From: Nemertoderma westbladi
Lineage: Eukaryota > Animalia > Xenacoelomorpha
NCBI GenBank assembly: GCA_032718475.1
Contig: JAUCBJ010008325.1
Location: 4,772 to 68,771 of the forward strand
Direction: 5' to 3'
DNA length: 64,000 bases
The notes below the pieces were generated by a model. It saw nothing but the letters and a program-made list of their open reading frames with translations, was not told the DNA's origin and made no database searches. Of the stretch, positions 13,266 to 26,900 are shown piece by piece. Within the stretch, counting starts at the first letter, position 1, and every line of letters begins with the position of its first letter. Position numbers and translations under genes: made by a program.

Positions 13266-14404
13266 ATAATGAAAATAAAAACTACAGTAGTATCTATTAA
13301 TACTGTAGATACTACTGTGGATGCTCCCAAATTTAGTTTATTAAAATTTTTGATTTTATCAAATAAAAATATTAAATATACCCCCGCCCAATCCCAACGC
13401 CTTGATATTGTAGTATTAATGTAGCACACAATACAATATACTGTAGTGAAAAATAATACAGTATAATTTTATCAATATACAGGACGGTGTTGACTCCACC
13501 CAACGTTTTGTTGCATTGATTGATTTTACTGATTGAATTCTATTCTAAGCACTGGGTCGTTCAAATGCTTTATTTGTAAATCTTCAGATTTCCTTACTAC
13601 TGTAAGAAAATCGTGTCCGTCAATCTGTTTGTTTGTTTGTTTTTCACACGAAAGGCTGACGATATTATCCTGTCAATTATGTTGTTTTTAGTACCCACCT
13701 GTAGTGTATGGTCTGAATGGGTGTATAAAGCAATTTACAGAAAAATACAGTCATTAGTTTTTGCACAAAAATTTAATAAACGAAAAGTACCATAGAAGCA
13801 GTGGTAAAATAACACCAATAACAATAACAGCTGGTGTTCATGATGAAAAATGGCTTATGTAATGGATTTCTACACAGGCTTAGTATAAATCGATGAGGTT
13901 GCCAAGATTATTGTACTTAGTACACCCATACTGTTTGCTTAGGCCCTACTTCCTAAACTCCACTCCTATACAAGCTTGAAATTCTTCATAGGGTTAGCAT
14001 TAGTGTGTGTTAATTATTTTTAACAGCTGATAGCCTTCTCAGTCAAGGTATGGCCGAATGTGAATTTATTACTGATTCGTGAATAGGTGAATGAATTTTA
14101 GTAATAATGTAGGCCTTCAACTGTAGGTAATGTTTTGAGAGGGACCCAACTACACTATATGTTTGTCTATGGACGGCCTTCTTATAGCCAGCTTGCTGGC
14201 TTTTTATATATTAACTGTGTTCGTCTCTCAGAAGCAAAGACACCAAACGAATTGCAATAAAAACCGAAAAACTACTAAAAGTACCGAAAATATTCACTGT
14301 ATTGCGGTGAAAATTACTTTATACAGAGCCCAGGACCACGCTGAATGAATCCAACGGTATTTTCCTCATATCGCGAGAGCCAGTAGTTTAGGAGGAGATA
14401 GAGG

Positions 14405-14945
14405 TGTGACGGGATCCAGGAGGGATCCCGATTTATCCGATGTGGTAATTTAGTCCACGCGTCCCCGCCGTGTATAAGGGTGAAATAAAGTAACTGAGTT
14501 CTGAAGTTCGGTGTATAATAATAATAGGGCATAGGATATAGATATAGATATAATGTGTACAAGGCGGGATACGGTAACTAAAGTCCCGTGATCCCCTAAC
14601 TAAACTAATTGACTACTAACCTACGCTAGCACTGCTACACTGAGATAACTGAATCACTGATTAATAGGTTATTGGTTATATTGCACGGTGGCCTTACTGC
14701 TACTCAATCGATGCCATTCCCCCCTCTGATTGGTTAATACCCTTGTTGGCGCCCCGTGGAGTATTCCCGTTCACTCCACCTGTTCTCCCTGGGTTAGGGG
14801 TTTGGCCCCTGACCCTCTATTGTGTGCTTCCTTCCCACTCTTATTGGGATGGCACGAGTTGGTTAATTGCCCAATCTCGTGGCTCCCAATATTGCTTATC
14901 GGCTTATAACTTTATGGGGTGTTGGCGGGATTGAATAAGCTAACA
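14405..14945 (-). repeat. 3' LTR (541 bp, TG...CA)
   Basis: Minus strand reads TGTTAG...GTCACA, preceded by the polypurine tract GGGGGGGAG (14946-14954). Confidence 0.9.
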
Positions 14946-15646
14946 CTCCCCCCCATGCTATCTTCCCGGTAAGAAGATAGCATCAACCTAAAAGTGCGTT
15001 ACAATCCCGCTGGATCCCGATCTAGTATCGGGTGTGGGGTGGAATTCTTTTCTCTCGGGGTCGGCTTTCCAGGCCGCCCCCTATGGGTATGATAACGCTA
15101 CCCTGTGTGCCTGGCGTCTCATGTCGGGCCGATCGCGCTCACCTCCCACGCAACTTTTGTTTCCCCAACATTTTCGCCCTATCTCACCTTCACTCTCACC
15201 CTAACTCTCTCACATTCGGACCTCCTCGTCCCTTACTCAGCCTCTTATTCTCCCCCCCCCACACTGGAATTGCATCGGCACTCTCTCCGCACTCCGCACT
15301 ATTATTCCGTCCCTCAACCTCACTTCGACCGTCTCTTCCCTTCTGACGAATCTCCCCCCCTCTCGTGCCGTCGCACTCAAGAAGTGTGAAATTGTCTGGC
15401 GTCTCGTCCATAGTGCCATAGTCAGTTACCCCCCAGTCCCACTAGCTAGTTGAGAAAGGTTGTATGACTATAGTACTTACTCCGATCGTGTATTTTACTG
15501 CTAATTACTACGTACGTACATACAAATTGCACTTATATGATTGTTTGCATTAATTAAATTTGTACTTAATGGTTCGTACGTTGCATGCGGCGCCTTCCAG
15601 GCGCACCACGTCCCAGTCTCAGTCTCACTCCCTCGTATCTGGGAAC

Positions 15647-18600
15647 TTATCTGTTCCTCCTCACGTCCTCTTCCCTGGCCCGTTTCTTGGTTATCACCGT
15701 TCCTCTGGCATCATCCGCTTTCTGCTTCCGGACCTTCGCCGCCACTTCCTTGCTGATCCCGGTCGTTGGCTCCTTGGGCGCTGGTGTTATTAATGCCCGA
15801 TACCGCTTCGCCGGTGGCCCCTCAGAATGGCCTGGTTGTCTCCCTCGTGTGGCGTCCCATAGGATCATTTTCATTGCCTTTGGTACGTGTTCCGCCAAGA
15901 AATCCCTAAACTCCCTCCGGTTCTCTGGTGTCCACCTGTCCAGGTACCGTTGCGTGTTCATAACTCCGGCGAACGATGCCGCCGTGCTACCTCTTGATAG
16001 GTAAACGGTAACCTTCGCTTTATGATTTCCATGTGGGTCTCCTGGTTTATGAGGAAGAAACCCCACTTGAACTCCTGGGCCTTCATGCGCTGGCGCGTCA
16101 TGGCCCCGACGTCGGCCCACTCCTCGAATCTTGTGAACTTCTCCTCGTCGCTCATCCAGTCGCACTCCCGCCCGTAGTGTCCCCGAAAGTGGCACTTTGG
16201 ACATCGGTTATGCAACCGTGGACACGCCCCCATCCTGTGACTTGGTTCTCTACAGTAGAGACAAAAGGTTCCCCGTTGGAACCGGTATAGGCAGCTGCTT
16301 TCCTGATGGGTCTGTCTCCCACAGTAGTCGCAGCCGAGTACCAATGTCTCCCGTCCCACCTCGTCTTTCGTCCCAAGCGATCTCCGCGGTCTATGGAGTC
16401 GCTGGTAGGCGAACTTCTCTACGTTGCTCTCCCTGTTTACGTCGATCTCTCCGCCCCTCTCGGGCATCGTCTCCCCGAATACTATCCGTGGTGCCGTCCC
16501 CGGTTGCTCGCCCAACCTGATGGTGCTCCCCGCGAAATCCATCGCCGGCTCCTCGTGCACCCAGGTCCGCTTGCCGGATCTGTTCCAGAAGGCCCTCGCC
16601 CCACTGGCTGTCACCACCCTTCCGCCAACCCAGTCCGTGTCCGAGTGGCCTATCCTTTCGATGGGCGGCATCTCTCCGAACTCGTCGCCGTCGTCTTCCT
16701 CTTCTGGTAGTGTTTCCAACCCCGGTATCCCGACGGATCCACTATGTCCCTTCCCGCCTTGGCTCTCGCCCGTAGCTCTCCATCCCTCTAGCTCCCTTAC
16801 TACTACTAGGATCGGCATGCTGCATTGCAGCTGCATTTTTAATAATGCTGTGCCGGCTTGTCAACAAAATTGCACCGCCACAACTCCCTATCACCCATGA
16901 CATTTGCTAGATCATCCGCATCTTTAAGGCCAGTGTCCTTTAAGATGCGTCTCAAGAAAGTCATGGGCTGTCCACCATGCTTATTCACTCCATGAGGCTG
17001 CCAAAGTACAAGATTATGCACTGGCTGGTCCTCACGGCGAAAGCAATGTCCTGCAAAGCGGAGGCGATTTTGTTCTAGTGTCAAGCTTGGGGGAACCAAT
17101 GAGACACCTCCAATGTTATATAGTGTCTGGTTGGAGATGTGTGCATTGTACTTGACACAATGAACCCGGCGTAGCATTCTTGTGAATGTGCCATCCAGAG
17201 ATTTGGTGTCCTCAGCAGTTAGAGCCCAGCATGGACTCCCGTAGAGGAGTACTGGAACTACTGCTGCTCTAAATAATCGGACCTTAAGTTTCCGATTAAT
17301 TCTCGGTGACTTCCAAATCCTGGAAAGCCTATTCAAGGCTGCCCATGCCTTTCCCTTACGTATTCGAAGGTCCTCACCTGACTTCCGGATCCATGATCCC
17401 AGGTAACAGAAGTCGTCGACATGCTCAAGCATACCATCCTTTGAGCTTATGCTCATCCGATCACAGACTTGCTGAGGACTTTCAAAGTTAACTGTCAGAA
17501 TTTTGGTCTTTCTGGAGTTAATAAAAAGACCAACACTAGAAGCAGCATGTTCTAATGAGCTGAGGAGCCGTTGGGCTCCCTCTAATGATTCTGAGAGTAC
17601 TCCTAAGTCATCAGCAAAGTCTAGATCAGTTAGGTACTTGGCAGGATTTCCTCGACTTCTGGAGCCAGTAGGTGGAGTTATCATCACCCCATCATCATTA
17701 TGATGATCTAAGGACATGCGTAGAACATAGTCAACCACAATAATGAATAAGAATGGTGCAAGTGTGTCTCCTTGGAGGACGCCCCATAACACTTCAAATG
17801 GTTCTGTGTCACCGTCAACAGTAGACACAAATGTTGTCGAACCATCGTATACCTATACATCTAGCTCCCTTAGCTTCCTTGGCGGTTGGTCGCCCTCGGC
17901 GCCCGCTGGTATGGGCATCGTTTGCAACCCCGACGTCGACTGTTTCGGCGATCCCAACGTCCATCCCAATTCTCGCCCTAGAGACTCCCCCGAACTCCCT
18001 GACGAAGTCCAATGAAGTTCGTCTAGGCCCGCCTGTTCCTCGAAGCCGTAACTCTGTGCCCTGGCCTCCTCTTCCCTCTCCTCTGCTTCTATCCTCTCCC
18101 GTCTAGCGACTTCTTCCAGTCGCTTTGCTTCTCGTCTGTCCGCCTCTAGCTGCTCCCATCTCTGATACGGTGTATCTGTCTCCCCGTCTACCAGATGTCG
18201 GCTGTTGTAGTACACCGACTTGCCCTTCAGCCCCGGGTGGTCTACCAGACCGTCAAAGGCCGTCTTAAAGGCTCTCCTGTAGCTTAGGGGTGATCCCGAT
18301 AACAGAAATGCCCCTGGTTCCCTTTCGATAACTACGGTCATGAATAAGTTAAGCAAACTTATCATCATCCAGTCCTCCTGCAGGATATATCGCTTCTGAT
18401 ATACCTTTATCGCTCCTCTGCGAAACTGATATACCTCCTGCTTTCCCGGTCTCGCTCCCCACTTCAGCGAGTTCGCTAGTTCTGCTCCGTATTCTTCCCT
18501 AAACTTTCCCCAGTCCATCGGTTTGTGGCATACGAGCCCCAATAATTGGCCCATCGCCACCGCCCCGCATTGGCCTGTGTTCTCGACCACCCCCAATCCA

Positions 18601-19254
18601 TCCGGTGCCATCATAGCCATAAAGACTTTCTGCATATCCAGGAGGTTGGTGGCGTCCTGACCAATGATCCTCTCCGCGTCCTCGCGAATCGCCGATCCCA
18701 CTTTCGTCGTCGACTTCTCTCTTACTAATACTTGTACCGCTTTCGGCAATCGGTCTAATTTCGGCCCATCCCTCTTCCCATACGTCCCTAGGTCGAATAA
18801 GAAGATGTCCCCATTTGGCGCGGCCAAATGCAAGAGTATGGTCCTGGCCGACCCTGCCGTTCCTCGTCTCGAACCCGCTTCATCTTCCACGGTTCCCTCG
18901 TCATCTAGGATCATATATCCTCCTCTGTTGACGGACTCTATGAATCTTTTCCAGTCCTTTCTCGGTGATTCCCTCGGGTACTTCGGAATCCCGAACTTCG
19001 CCTCGTCCCCTTTCACCACGTAGTGGAAGTGTTGGAAGATCGCGTTGTCCAGCGACGGCGTTCCGTAGGTCCCGACCAGCCGCTGCTCGTGCATCTCCCG
19101 GAAGTGGTCCTGCAGCGCTCGTGCCGCGTGACCCCTTTCCAACTTCTCGTAGTATCCTCTCGTCTTCTCCTCCGGGTGTCTTTCGGTGAAATCCACCAGT
19201 ATTTCTTTTCCATTCTGACTCCGCCTTTCTCTTCCTGATCAGCTTACTCGCCAT
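15647..19254 (-). pseudogene. Accessory ORF of the BEL/Pao element: DEDDy-type 3'-5' exonuclease plus 3 CCHC zinc knuckles, interrupted by RTE
   Basis: Exo motifs YMILDDEG, LLHLAAPNGDIFLFDL, LPKAVQVLV...KVGSAIRED and QKRYILQED. Knuckles CDYCGRQTHQESSC, CLYCREPSHRMGAC and CPKCHFRGHYGREC. The frame 19196-15958 is restored (2166 nt) when the RTE and one TSD copy are removed. Probable single-base frameshifts near 19206 and ~15985 would extend both ends. Confidence 0.8.
16800..17859 (-). mobile_element. 5'-truncated RTE-clade LINE with 13-bp TSD
   Basis: ORF 16839-17828 contains GVLQGDTLAPFLF, LDFADD, YLGSW and RLRFAGHC. (TAG)n 3' tail; TSD TCTAGCTCCCTTA at 16787-16799 and 17860-17872. Confidence 0.95.
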
Positions 19255-19762
19255 TCCGAATGCTACACTCGCTCACCTGCAGGGTGGTGCCTTACCAAGG
19301 CGCAATACAGATGAGTGAAGTATTTAAGATGTTTCGTACAGTTCGATAATGGCCTACTTTCTACTTAATTGCGCCTTTCAAGCTAAATTTAGCCTAATTA
19401 ATTTCGGAGCTAGTAAATCAGCCTAATTTACAATTTCCGTCCGTTACTTTTATTATGTTCTAGAACGACTTTCCTTGTGTTGCCACTATTTTTCGATTTT
19501 TAGTCCTATTCTATTTATTTGTTTGTTTGCTTTGATTCTACTGTCCTACTACCTACTACTGCCTATGGGTTTATTCTATTCTCTGATCCATATTCTGGCC
19601 TACTCTGTGGGCCCATGCAGTACAGCAGTATGCGTCGTGTGGCCACACGATTTATCCAGCTGTACTCATATGCCCCCCTCTCGCTACTAACTCTACTTAC
19701 TGCTAACTAATATCTATATCCTTTTTACCCCTTTTACCTCTCACTCTCTCTCTCTAACTAAT

Positions 19763-20803
19763 GGTACTACGTACCCCCTAACTCTAACTCTAACTAGGTA
19801 CCACGCACCTACTAACTCTAACTCTAACTAGGTACTACGTACCTACTAACTCTAACTAACTATTGGTACTACGTACCCTCTAACTCTAACTCTAACTAGG
19901 TACTACGTACCTACTAACTCTCTAACTATCGGTACTACGTACCCTCTAACTCTAACTAGGTACTACGTACCTACTAACTCTAACTAACTATTGGTACTAC
20001 GTACCCTCTAACTCTAACTCTAACTAGGTACTACGTACCTACTAACTCTCTAACTATCGGTACTACGTACCCTCTAACTCTAACTCTAACTAACGGTACT
20101 ACGTACCCTCTAACTCTCTAACTATCGGTACTACGTACCCTCTAACTCTAACTAGGTACTACGTACCTACTAACTCTCTAACTATCGGTACTACGTACCC
20201 TCTAACTCTAACTCTAACTAACGGTACTACGTACCCTCTAACTCTCTAACTATCGGTACTACGTACCCTCTAACTCTAACTAACTATTGGTACTACGTAC
20301 CCTCTAACTCTCTAACTATCGGTACTACGTACCCTCTAACTCTAACTCTAACTAACGGTACTACGTACCCTCTAACTCTCTAACTATCGGTACTACGTAC
20401 CCTCTAACTCTAACTAACTATTGGTACTACGTACCCTCTAACTCTCTAACTAACGGTACTACGTACCTACTAACTAACTAACTCTAGGTACTACGTACCT
20501 ACTAACTAACTAACTCTAGGTACTACGTACCTACTAACTAACTAACTCTAGGTACTACGTACCTGCTAACTCTCTAACTCTAGGCACTACGTACCTACTA
20601 ACTAACTAACTCTAGGTACTGCGTACCTACTAACTAACTAACTCTAGGTACTACGTACCTACTAACTAACTAACTCTAGGTACTACGTACCTACTAACTA
20701 ACTAACTCTAGGTACTACGTACCTACTAACTAACTAACTCTAGGTACTACGTACCTGCTAACTCTCTAACTCTAGGCACTACGTACCTACTAACTAACTA
20801 ACT
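19763..20803. repeat. ~27-36-bp tandem array inside the BEL element, between pol and the accessory ORF
   Basis: Core GGTACTACGTACC plus variable (CTAACT)n spacers; two sub-arrays. Confidence 0.95.
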
Positions 20804-20912
20804 ATTATTTTTATTTTATTTTATTTTTATTTGTGTGGGAAGGGCGTCTCGCCCTCAATCCCACCCCCCTCAGTCCAAAACTTGGACGACTAAACTCCAC
20901 TCTAACTCCAAT

Positions 20913-23900
20913 TTAAGGTGCCCCTTCTAGAAGACAGCATTTACCTACCGCTCTCCTGTAGGTTTTTCTGTCCTTCGCACCTATCTTTCCACCTATCCGC
21001 ACTTCTACCGATCGGACTCTTCCGTCCTCGTCGGAGTAGGTGCCTACAACTCTCGCCAACCGCCACTGGTTGTTGATGATAGTATCATCCGTAACGATTA
21101 CGAGATCTCCTACTTTTAACTCCCGATTCGGTTTCCTCCACTTGCTTCGCTTATGGAGCGTGGGTAGGTATTCTTCTACCCACCTCCTCCAATACTCTGC
21201 GCTTATTGCTTTAGCGACTTTCCAACTCTGGCGGGAATGTATATCATCTGGGTCTACACCCCGCATATCGATGGTCGCTGGCCTTTCCATCAGAAAATGG
21301 CTAGGCGTCAACGCGTCTAATGACTCAGGGTCATCATTCTCCGGGTATAGCGGTCTGCTATTAATGATCCCCTCGCACTTCGCAAGTACTGTCCGTAAAA
21401 CGTCCTCAGTGACCATGTGGGTGTTCATTAACTTCGTCATTAGACGCTTTGAACTGCCCACCAGTCTCTCGACGCATCCTAGTGTATGTGGTGCATACGG
21501 CGTCCTTCTCTCCCACTTTACTTGTCGTCTCCTCATGGCTGCCCTGACTTCTTCTCCCTCCAAGATGTCCAAGGCCTCTGCCATCTCATTCTCTGCGCCC
21601 ACAAAGTTGGTGCCGTTGTCGCTGTATATCACTGCGATCGTCCCACCTTTGCGGTCCCTAAACCTTTCTAAGGCGTTAATGAATGCTGATGCGGTTGCAT
21701 CTTGGGCGAGTTCTATCCCTACCGCCCGCGTATTGTTGCATACGAAGATAATACCGTAGCGTTTCTCCGTGTGTCGCATCACCTTGATCTTTATCGGCCC
21801 GAACATGTCCACACCGCAATGCGTAAATGGCGGGTCGTGCTATCTTACCCTACTCGCCGGTAGTGGCGCCATCTCCTGTACGGCTCGTTCCTTCTTCGCT
21901 CGTCGGCAGGTCTGGCACTGCCCCACTACCGTTTTAACCTTCTTCCTTAGTTGTTTGACCCAATAGGTCCTCCTTATCTCTGTGAGGGTTCGGTTGGTGC
22001 CCCCATGCAATATCGATTTGTGGGAGTCCCATATGATCTGGTGGACTATAGGCAATCCTGTGGGAATGATGATGGGTTTCGGTGGCACGACTATGCTGTT
22101 GTTATATCCCACCCTAGAATTCATTACTAGAATCCCATCGTCGTTGAGTTGCGGCGACAGTGTAATCAACTCGCTGTCCCGTCGGAGGTGCTGTTGGTTG
22201 CCGACACGTTCCACCTCGTCGCCGTAGTTCTTTCGTTGTTCATAGCGGATTATTGCCTTGGCCGCTCCTTCCAGATCTATGGTTTCCCTGGTTTTCTTCT
22301 CCTTATTAACTCCCGCGAGGAAATTCCCGAAAGCTCTCCAGTACGCCACTAATTTCTTGGTCTTGTACCAACTAGAACTGTAGCTGAGGAGTTTGTCCGT
22401 CGGGTTATCGCGTAGTTCTTGCTTTGGTTGCACGTCCCTAATCTCCCTCACCATCTGGGAGTATATCTCTTCTCCCTCTGAGTCTCCCTCTTCTCCCTCT
22501 GATATTGGTTCCGAGCCCGGGTCCACCTTCCTCATCGGCGGCCAGGCCTCCCTATCACTTAGAAATTGTGGCCCATGTTGCCACAATACTTCCTTCTTTA
22601 AGAAAGTGTGGCGTTCCACGCCCCTCGACAGCAAGTCCGCTGGGTTCTCGTCTGTTGGGCAGTAGTGCCACCTTTCCAGTTCTGTGCTCGCCCTTATTTC
22701 GTCCACTCTATTCGCGACGAATATCGGGTATCTCGTCTTTTCGTTGTGTAGCCAACCAAGCACTACCATGGAGTCCGTCCAGTAGTGTGTCTCCACTATG
22801 TTGGGAATTGTATCCACTAGGTAGGCTGTGGCTCTAACTCCTAGTCTCGCAGCTGTCAATTCTAACTTGGGAACAGATGCTGAATCTGGCGGCGTTGACT
22901 TAGCTTTGCTAAAGGCTAGTCTGGGCTTGTGAGCCCCCTCTCGTTGTACTAAATAGAGTGCCGCTCCGTATGCCTCTAACGACGCGTCGGAGAACATATG
23001 TAGGTCCAGATTCGTCATGTTCCCGTCCGGAAAATACACTCGCGGCATGTTGTATGTTCCCATCCTCTCCAAGTCTCCTGTCCATTTGCTCCACTGTTTC
23101 TTGATGTCCTCTGGTACCTCTACGTCCCACTCATCCTTCAATTTATATACTCTCTTGAGTATCTGTTTCCCCGTGACTAGTAATGGGGATGCTAGGCCTA
23201 GGGGATCGTATATCCTTGCTATATACGATACATAACCCCTCTTCGTATGGGTGTCTGCGCCCTCTTGGCTCAGCTGATACTTCAGTTCGTCTGTTCCTCT
23301 ATCCCACACGATTCCCAATGCCTTTTGCTGCGATTGTGTTCTCTTATTCGCCATGTCCTGTCCTTTGGCTGTTGTAGGGTTGTCCATGGTCGATTCCGGT
23401 TTCTTGTCCTCTATTGCCTTGATAAATTCTTCTGAACTGGATTGGAATTTGGTCAGGTTGAAGCCGGATCCTTTCAGGATGTCGCGAACCTCGCGCCCTG
23501 TTTCCAGTATCTCCTCAACCGTATTTCCAGACTCCATACCGTCGTCTACGTAGAAGCCGCGTCGGATCATATCGACGGCCCTACTGCTGTATCTATCTTC
23601 CTTGCCCTTTACCGTGTCTCTCACTGCCATAGTCGTCGTAAATGAGGACGACTTGGCCCCCATGTTTTGTACTACCATCTTATACGCTGGTATTACCGGC
23701 GGTTCTTCTTCGCCGTTATACCATAAGAAGCGTTGACTGTCACTATCTTCTTCCGTTACACGGACCTGGTTGAACATGCCTTCTATGTCACACGTGAAGG
23801 CGTGTTTCCCATTTCGAAATCTAAGTAACACCTCTATGCCCGAATTGTAAATATTTGGGCCTTCCAACAGGTAATCGTTTAAGCATTTTCCGTCGGTCTT

Positions 23901-26900
23901 TGCCGATGCATCGACTACCATCCTAAGTTTACCTTTCTTTGGGTCTAATGCTACGTGGAGTGGCAGGTAGTATGTCCTGTCCGTGTTCGGCTCGTCGACC
24001 GGTAACTCCACGGCCCATCCCTTCTCGACGTACTTCTTAATTGTTTTGTGAATGTACTCGTTCTTCTCGGGGCTCCGTTTTAGTGTTTGTTTCAGCTTAC
24101 GAAGTCTCGTGAGTACCATCCCTCTATTATCGGGTAGCGGTATCTTCGGTAGTTTCCATACCATTCCTATTGTATACCGCCCCTCATCACACGTCATCGA
24201 TTCCTCCACGCTTTGTAGAGCCTGGTTGTCTTCTACCGAGGTCCTGACCCCGGTCTCTTTCAGTCCCTCAAAGTCTTGTCTGAGCAGTCTTTTAAGCTGC
24301 TCCTCTGCTCCCTCATCACCCATTTCCTGCATTGTTCCCACGAACATGCATCCTGATGTCTCCGACATCCTGAATGGTATCTTGCTCTTAATTGGACCAC
24401 TCAGCGTCCACCCGAATGGTGTTAATATAGCCACCGGGTCGCTCTGCTTGTCTTCGCCGAAGACCGTTTGCATTCTTTCGTGGGCCGTCGGGCAGTCCAT
24501 TCCCACTATGATGGATACCTTCCTAACGTCCACGTCTGGGATCGAGAAGTCAATGTTGTCCAGGAATTTGTATTGCTCGATCTCGATGTTGGTTGGCCGC
24601 CTGGCATTGATGTTAATTGACTCTATTACTTGGATGGGGTCGATGGTTGCCCCATAATCGCATCCTGGTGCCACTGCTGCAATTGCGCACCATCCTGTCC
24701 TCATCTCTAGGATCTCATCTTTGCTAGAGATGGTTGTTACCGCCATCCTGCTTGGCCTTGTTCTCAATCCTATTTCTTCGGCTACCCATTCCTCGACTAA
24801 TGTGAAGGCAGCTCCACTATCAACCAGCATTAGTGTTGTTACTGATCGATTGCCTTCCCCGATCACTCGCACCGGTACTACTCCAAGTAACACCGTGCCT
24901 CTCTTCTTCGCCCCTACCGTGCTCGTGCTCGTTGCCATCGTTTGGCCTCTCCTTTGGCCAAACTTGACCGGCTTCTCTTGGCATTCCCTGGCCTTGTGTC
25001 CACTCTTCACACATCGCGAGCAGATTTTATTGCTCGACGCGTAATCTATCTGGTCTTGCCTCGGTAGCGCCTGCCAGTACCTGCAGTTCATGGTTTTATG
25101 AAGCGCATTTGCGTGTAGCTGGCATTTGCTCTTTGGGTCGTAGCCCTCTTTATACAATGCATTGCGTATCGCAGTTATATTCGTACCAAAGTCCCTACTA
25201 TTCTTGTTGACTGGATTTGGCCTACTGGACGTACTGGGGTTATGTTTATTCATGTTGTTATTGTTCCCCTGTCCGTTCCATGATGTAGTCTTGTCTTCGT
25301 TTGCCTGTGGACTTGCTGTCCCCTGGGTCGCTGCGTATGGCAATGATTGCCTGAGTCTCGGCAATGCGTTTGATGTATTGTGCTCTGGTTTCGGCCTGTA
25401 GTGATCTGTCTTTGGTCCCTTTCCCAGGCTATCTTCACTATAGACTGGGTCCGTTATTAGTTCAGCCTCGTAATTTAAGAAGTTTGACATTTCTTCTAAA
25501 CCCGGTTCCGCACCCTTCTTGTCTCGAGTGGAGAAAGCGATCTTCCTCCACTTGTTGCGCAGCCAGTTCGGTAGTGCCTGCGCTATCGTGGTGATGTTGT
25601 TGGACGCATTGAGCTCGTATGGCGCGTCTAGCGTCTTCAACACGATTAGCGCCTTTTCGACTTTGTTAGCAAACGTCTTGATGCTAACGGGGTTATCCTG
25701 TAGGCCACCCGATGTTATGCCTCTCAGCGTCTGCCTGATGATCTTGGCCGGGTGCCCGTATTCCCTATCCAGTGCCCGCCATGCTGTCGTGAAGCCGCCC
25801 TCTATTCCCTGATATTGCCTCACGATGTCGTATGCTGGGCCTCCCGTGTACACTTGTAGATACTTTAGGCACTCCGCCTGCGTCAAGTTTTTTGTTAGTA
25901 TTTCGTTACTATACATTCGCCGAAACTGTAAATATTCTTCCGGCCTACTCCCGTCGAACTTGAATGGTTCCACGGGTGGTAACTCGATCCTCGTTTTCAA
26001 AGCATCGATCAATGTGGCCATCCCTATCGCCTGCGCTTCCAATGGATTCGACGGGTGCTGTATAGTTTCCCCTGTTTGGTGCGTTCCGTCTGTCCTACTT
26101 CTTGACCTTCTCTGGCTTGGGTATGTCATTGGGGGTAGCGGCCCCCTCCATATATCTGTGTCACGCGATCTGTTTTCGTCCAGGGGTCTCGTTGTTCTTG
26201 CTACCATCGGGGTATATTGTTGATATTGTGATGGGGGAATGTCACCCTGCCCCCCCCCCCCCACCGGTATGTTTGGTAATGGGGTTGATGTTAATATGTT
26301 GGGGCCCATGCACCTATCCGCAATAATTCCCCCCTCCCCTGGGTATATGTTATGTCCCTGCATGCTGTAGTCATACTGCTGTGCTGGTACCGGTATAGGC
26401 CTATCAGCTTCTGGCCTACCCGCCGGTATGTACTCCGCGACTTCCGGGTTTAATCCCGTCGTTCGCGCTACCCCATCGCCTACTCTATCTCTCCCAGCAT
26501 GGCCTACGGTATGTGCAGTAAGACCTACAGTATGCCCTACAGTCTGCATGTGTTGCTCGGGATCGAAGTTTATTCTTCTCGAATAATCCTCCCCGCGGCT
26601 ACCGTATTCTCGACCGGTAGGTATATTCCGTCGGAAAGTTTCTCTTCGACCCCCCTCTCTACTGTTTTCATCTTCGTAGTGGTACATCGTGTACCCCTCT
26701 CTCGGCGTGTAATGCGTCTCACCGGATCGCATCCCTCCGGGGCGACGGCAATCTCCCGGAGTCCGACCCCACTGACTCTCCGTTCTCATCTGGACTACCG
26801 ACGGCTCGCTGTCCGTCCTCGCTCTTCTATCGTTTGCGGCGATACTTCTACTACTGTCTTCCTTTCTTCTCCTATCAGTGGAATATTCCCGCTCGCGAGA

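Noticed and set aside
15647-19254. Accessory ORF as env or as a nested gag
   Set aside because: No signal peptide or transmembrane segment is evident, and no adjacent protease, RT or separate LTRs. The exonuclease motifs fit better.
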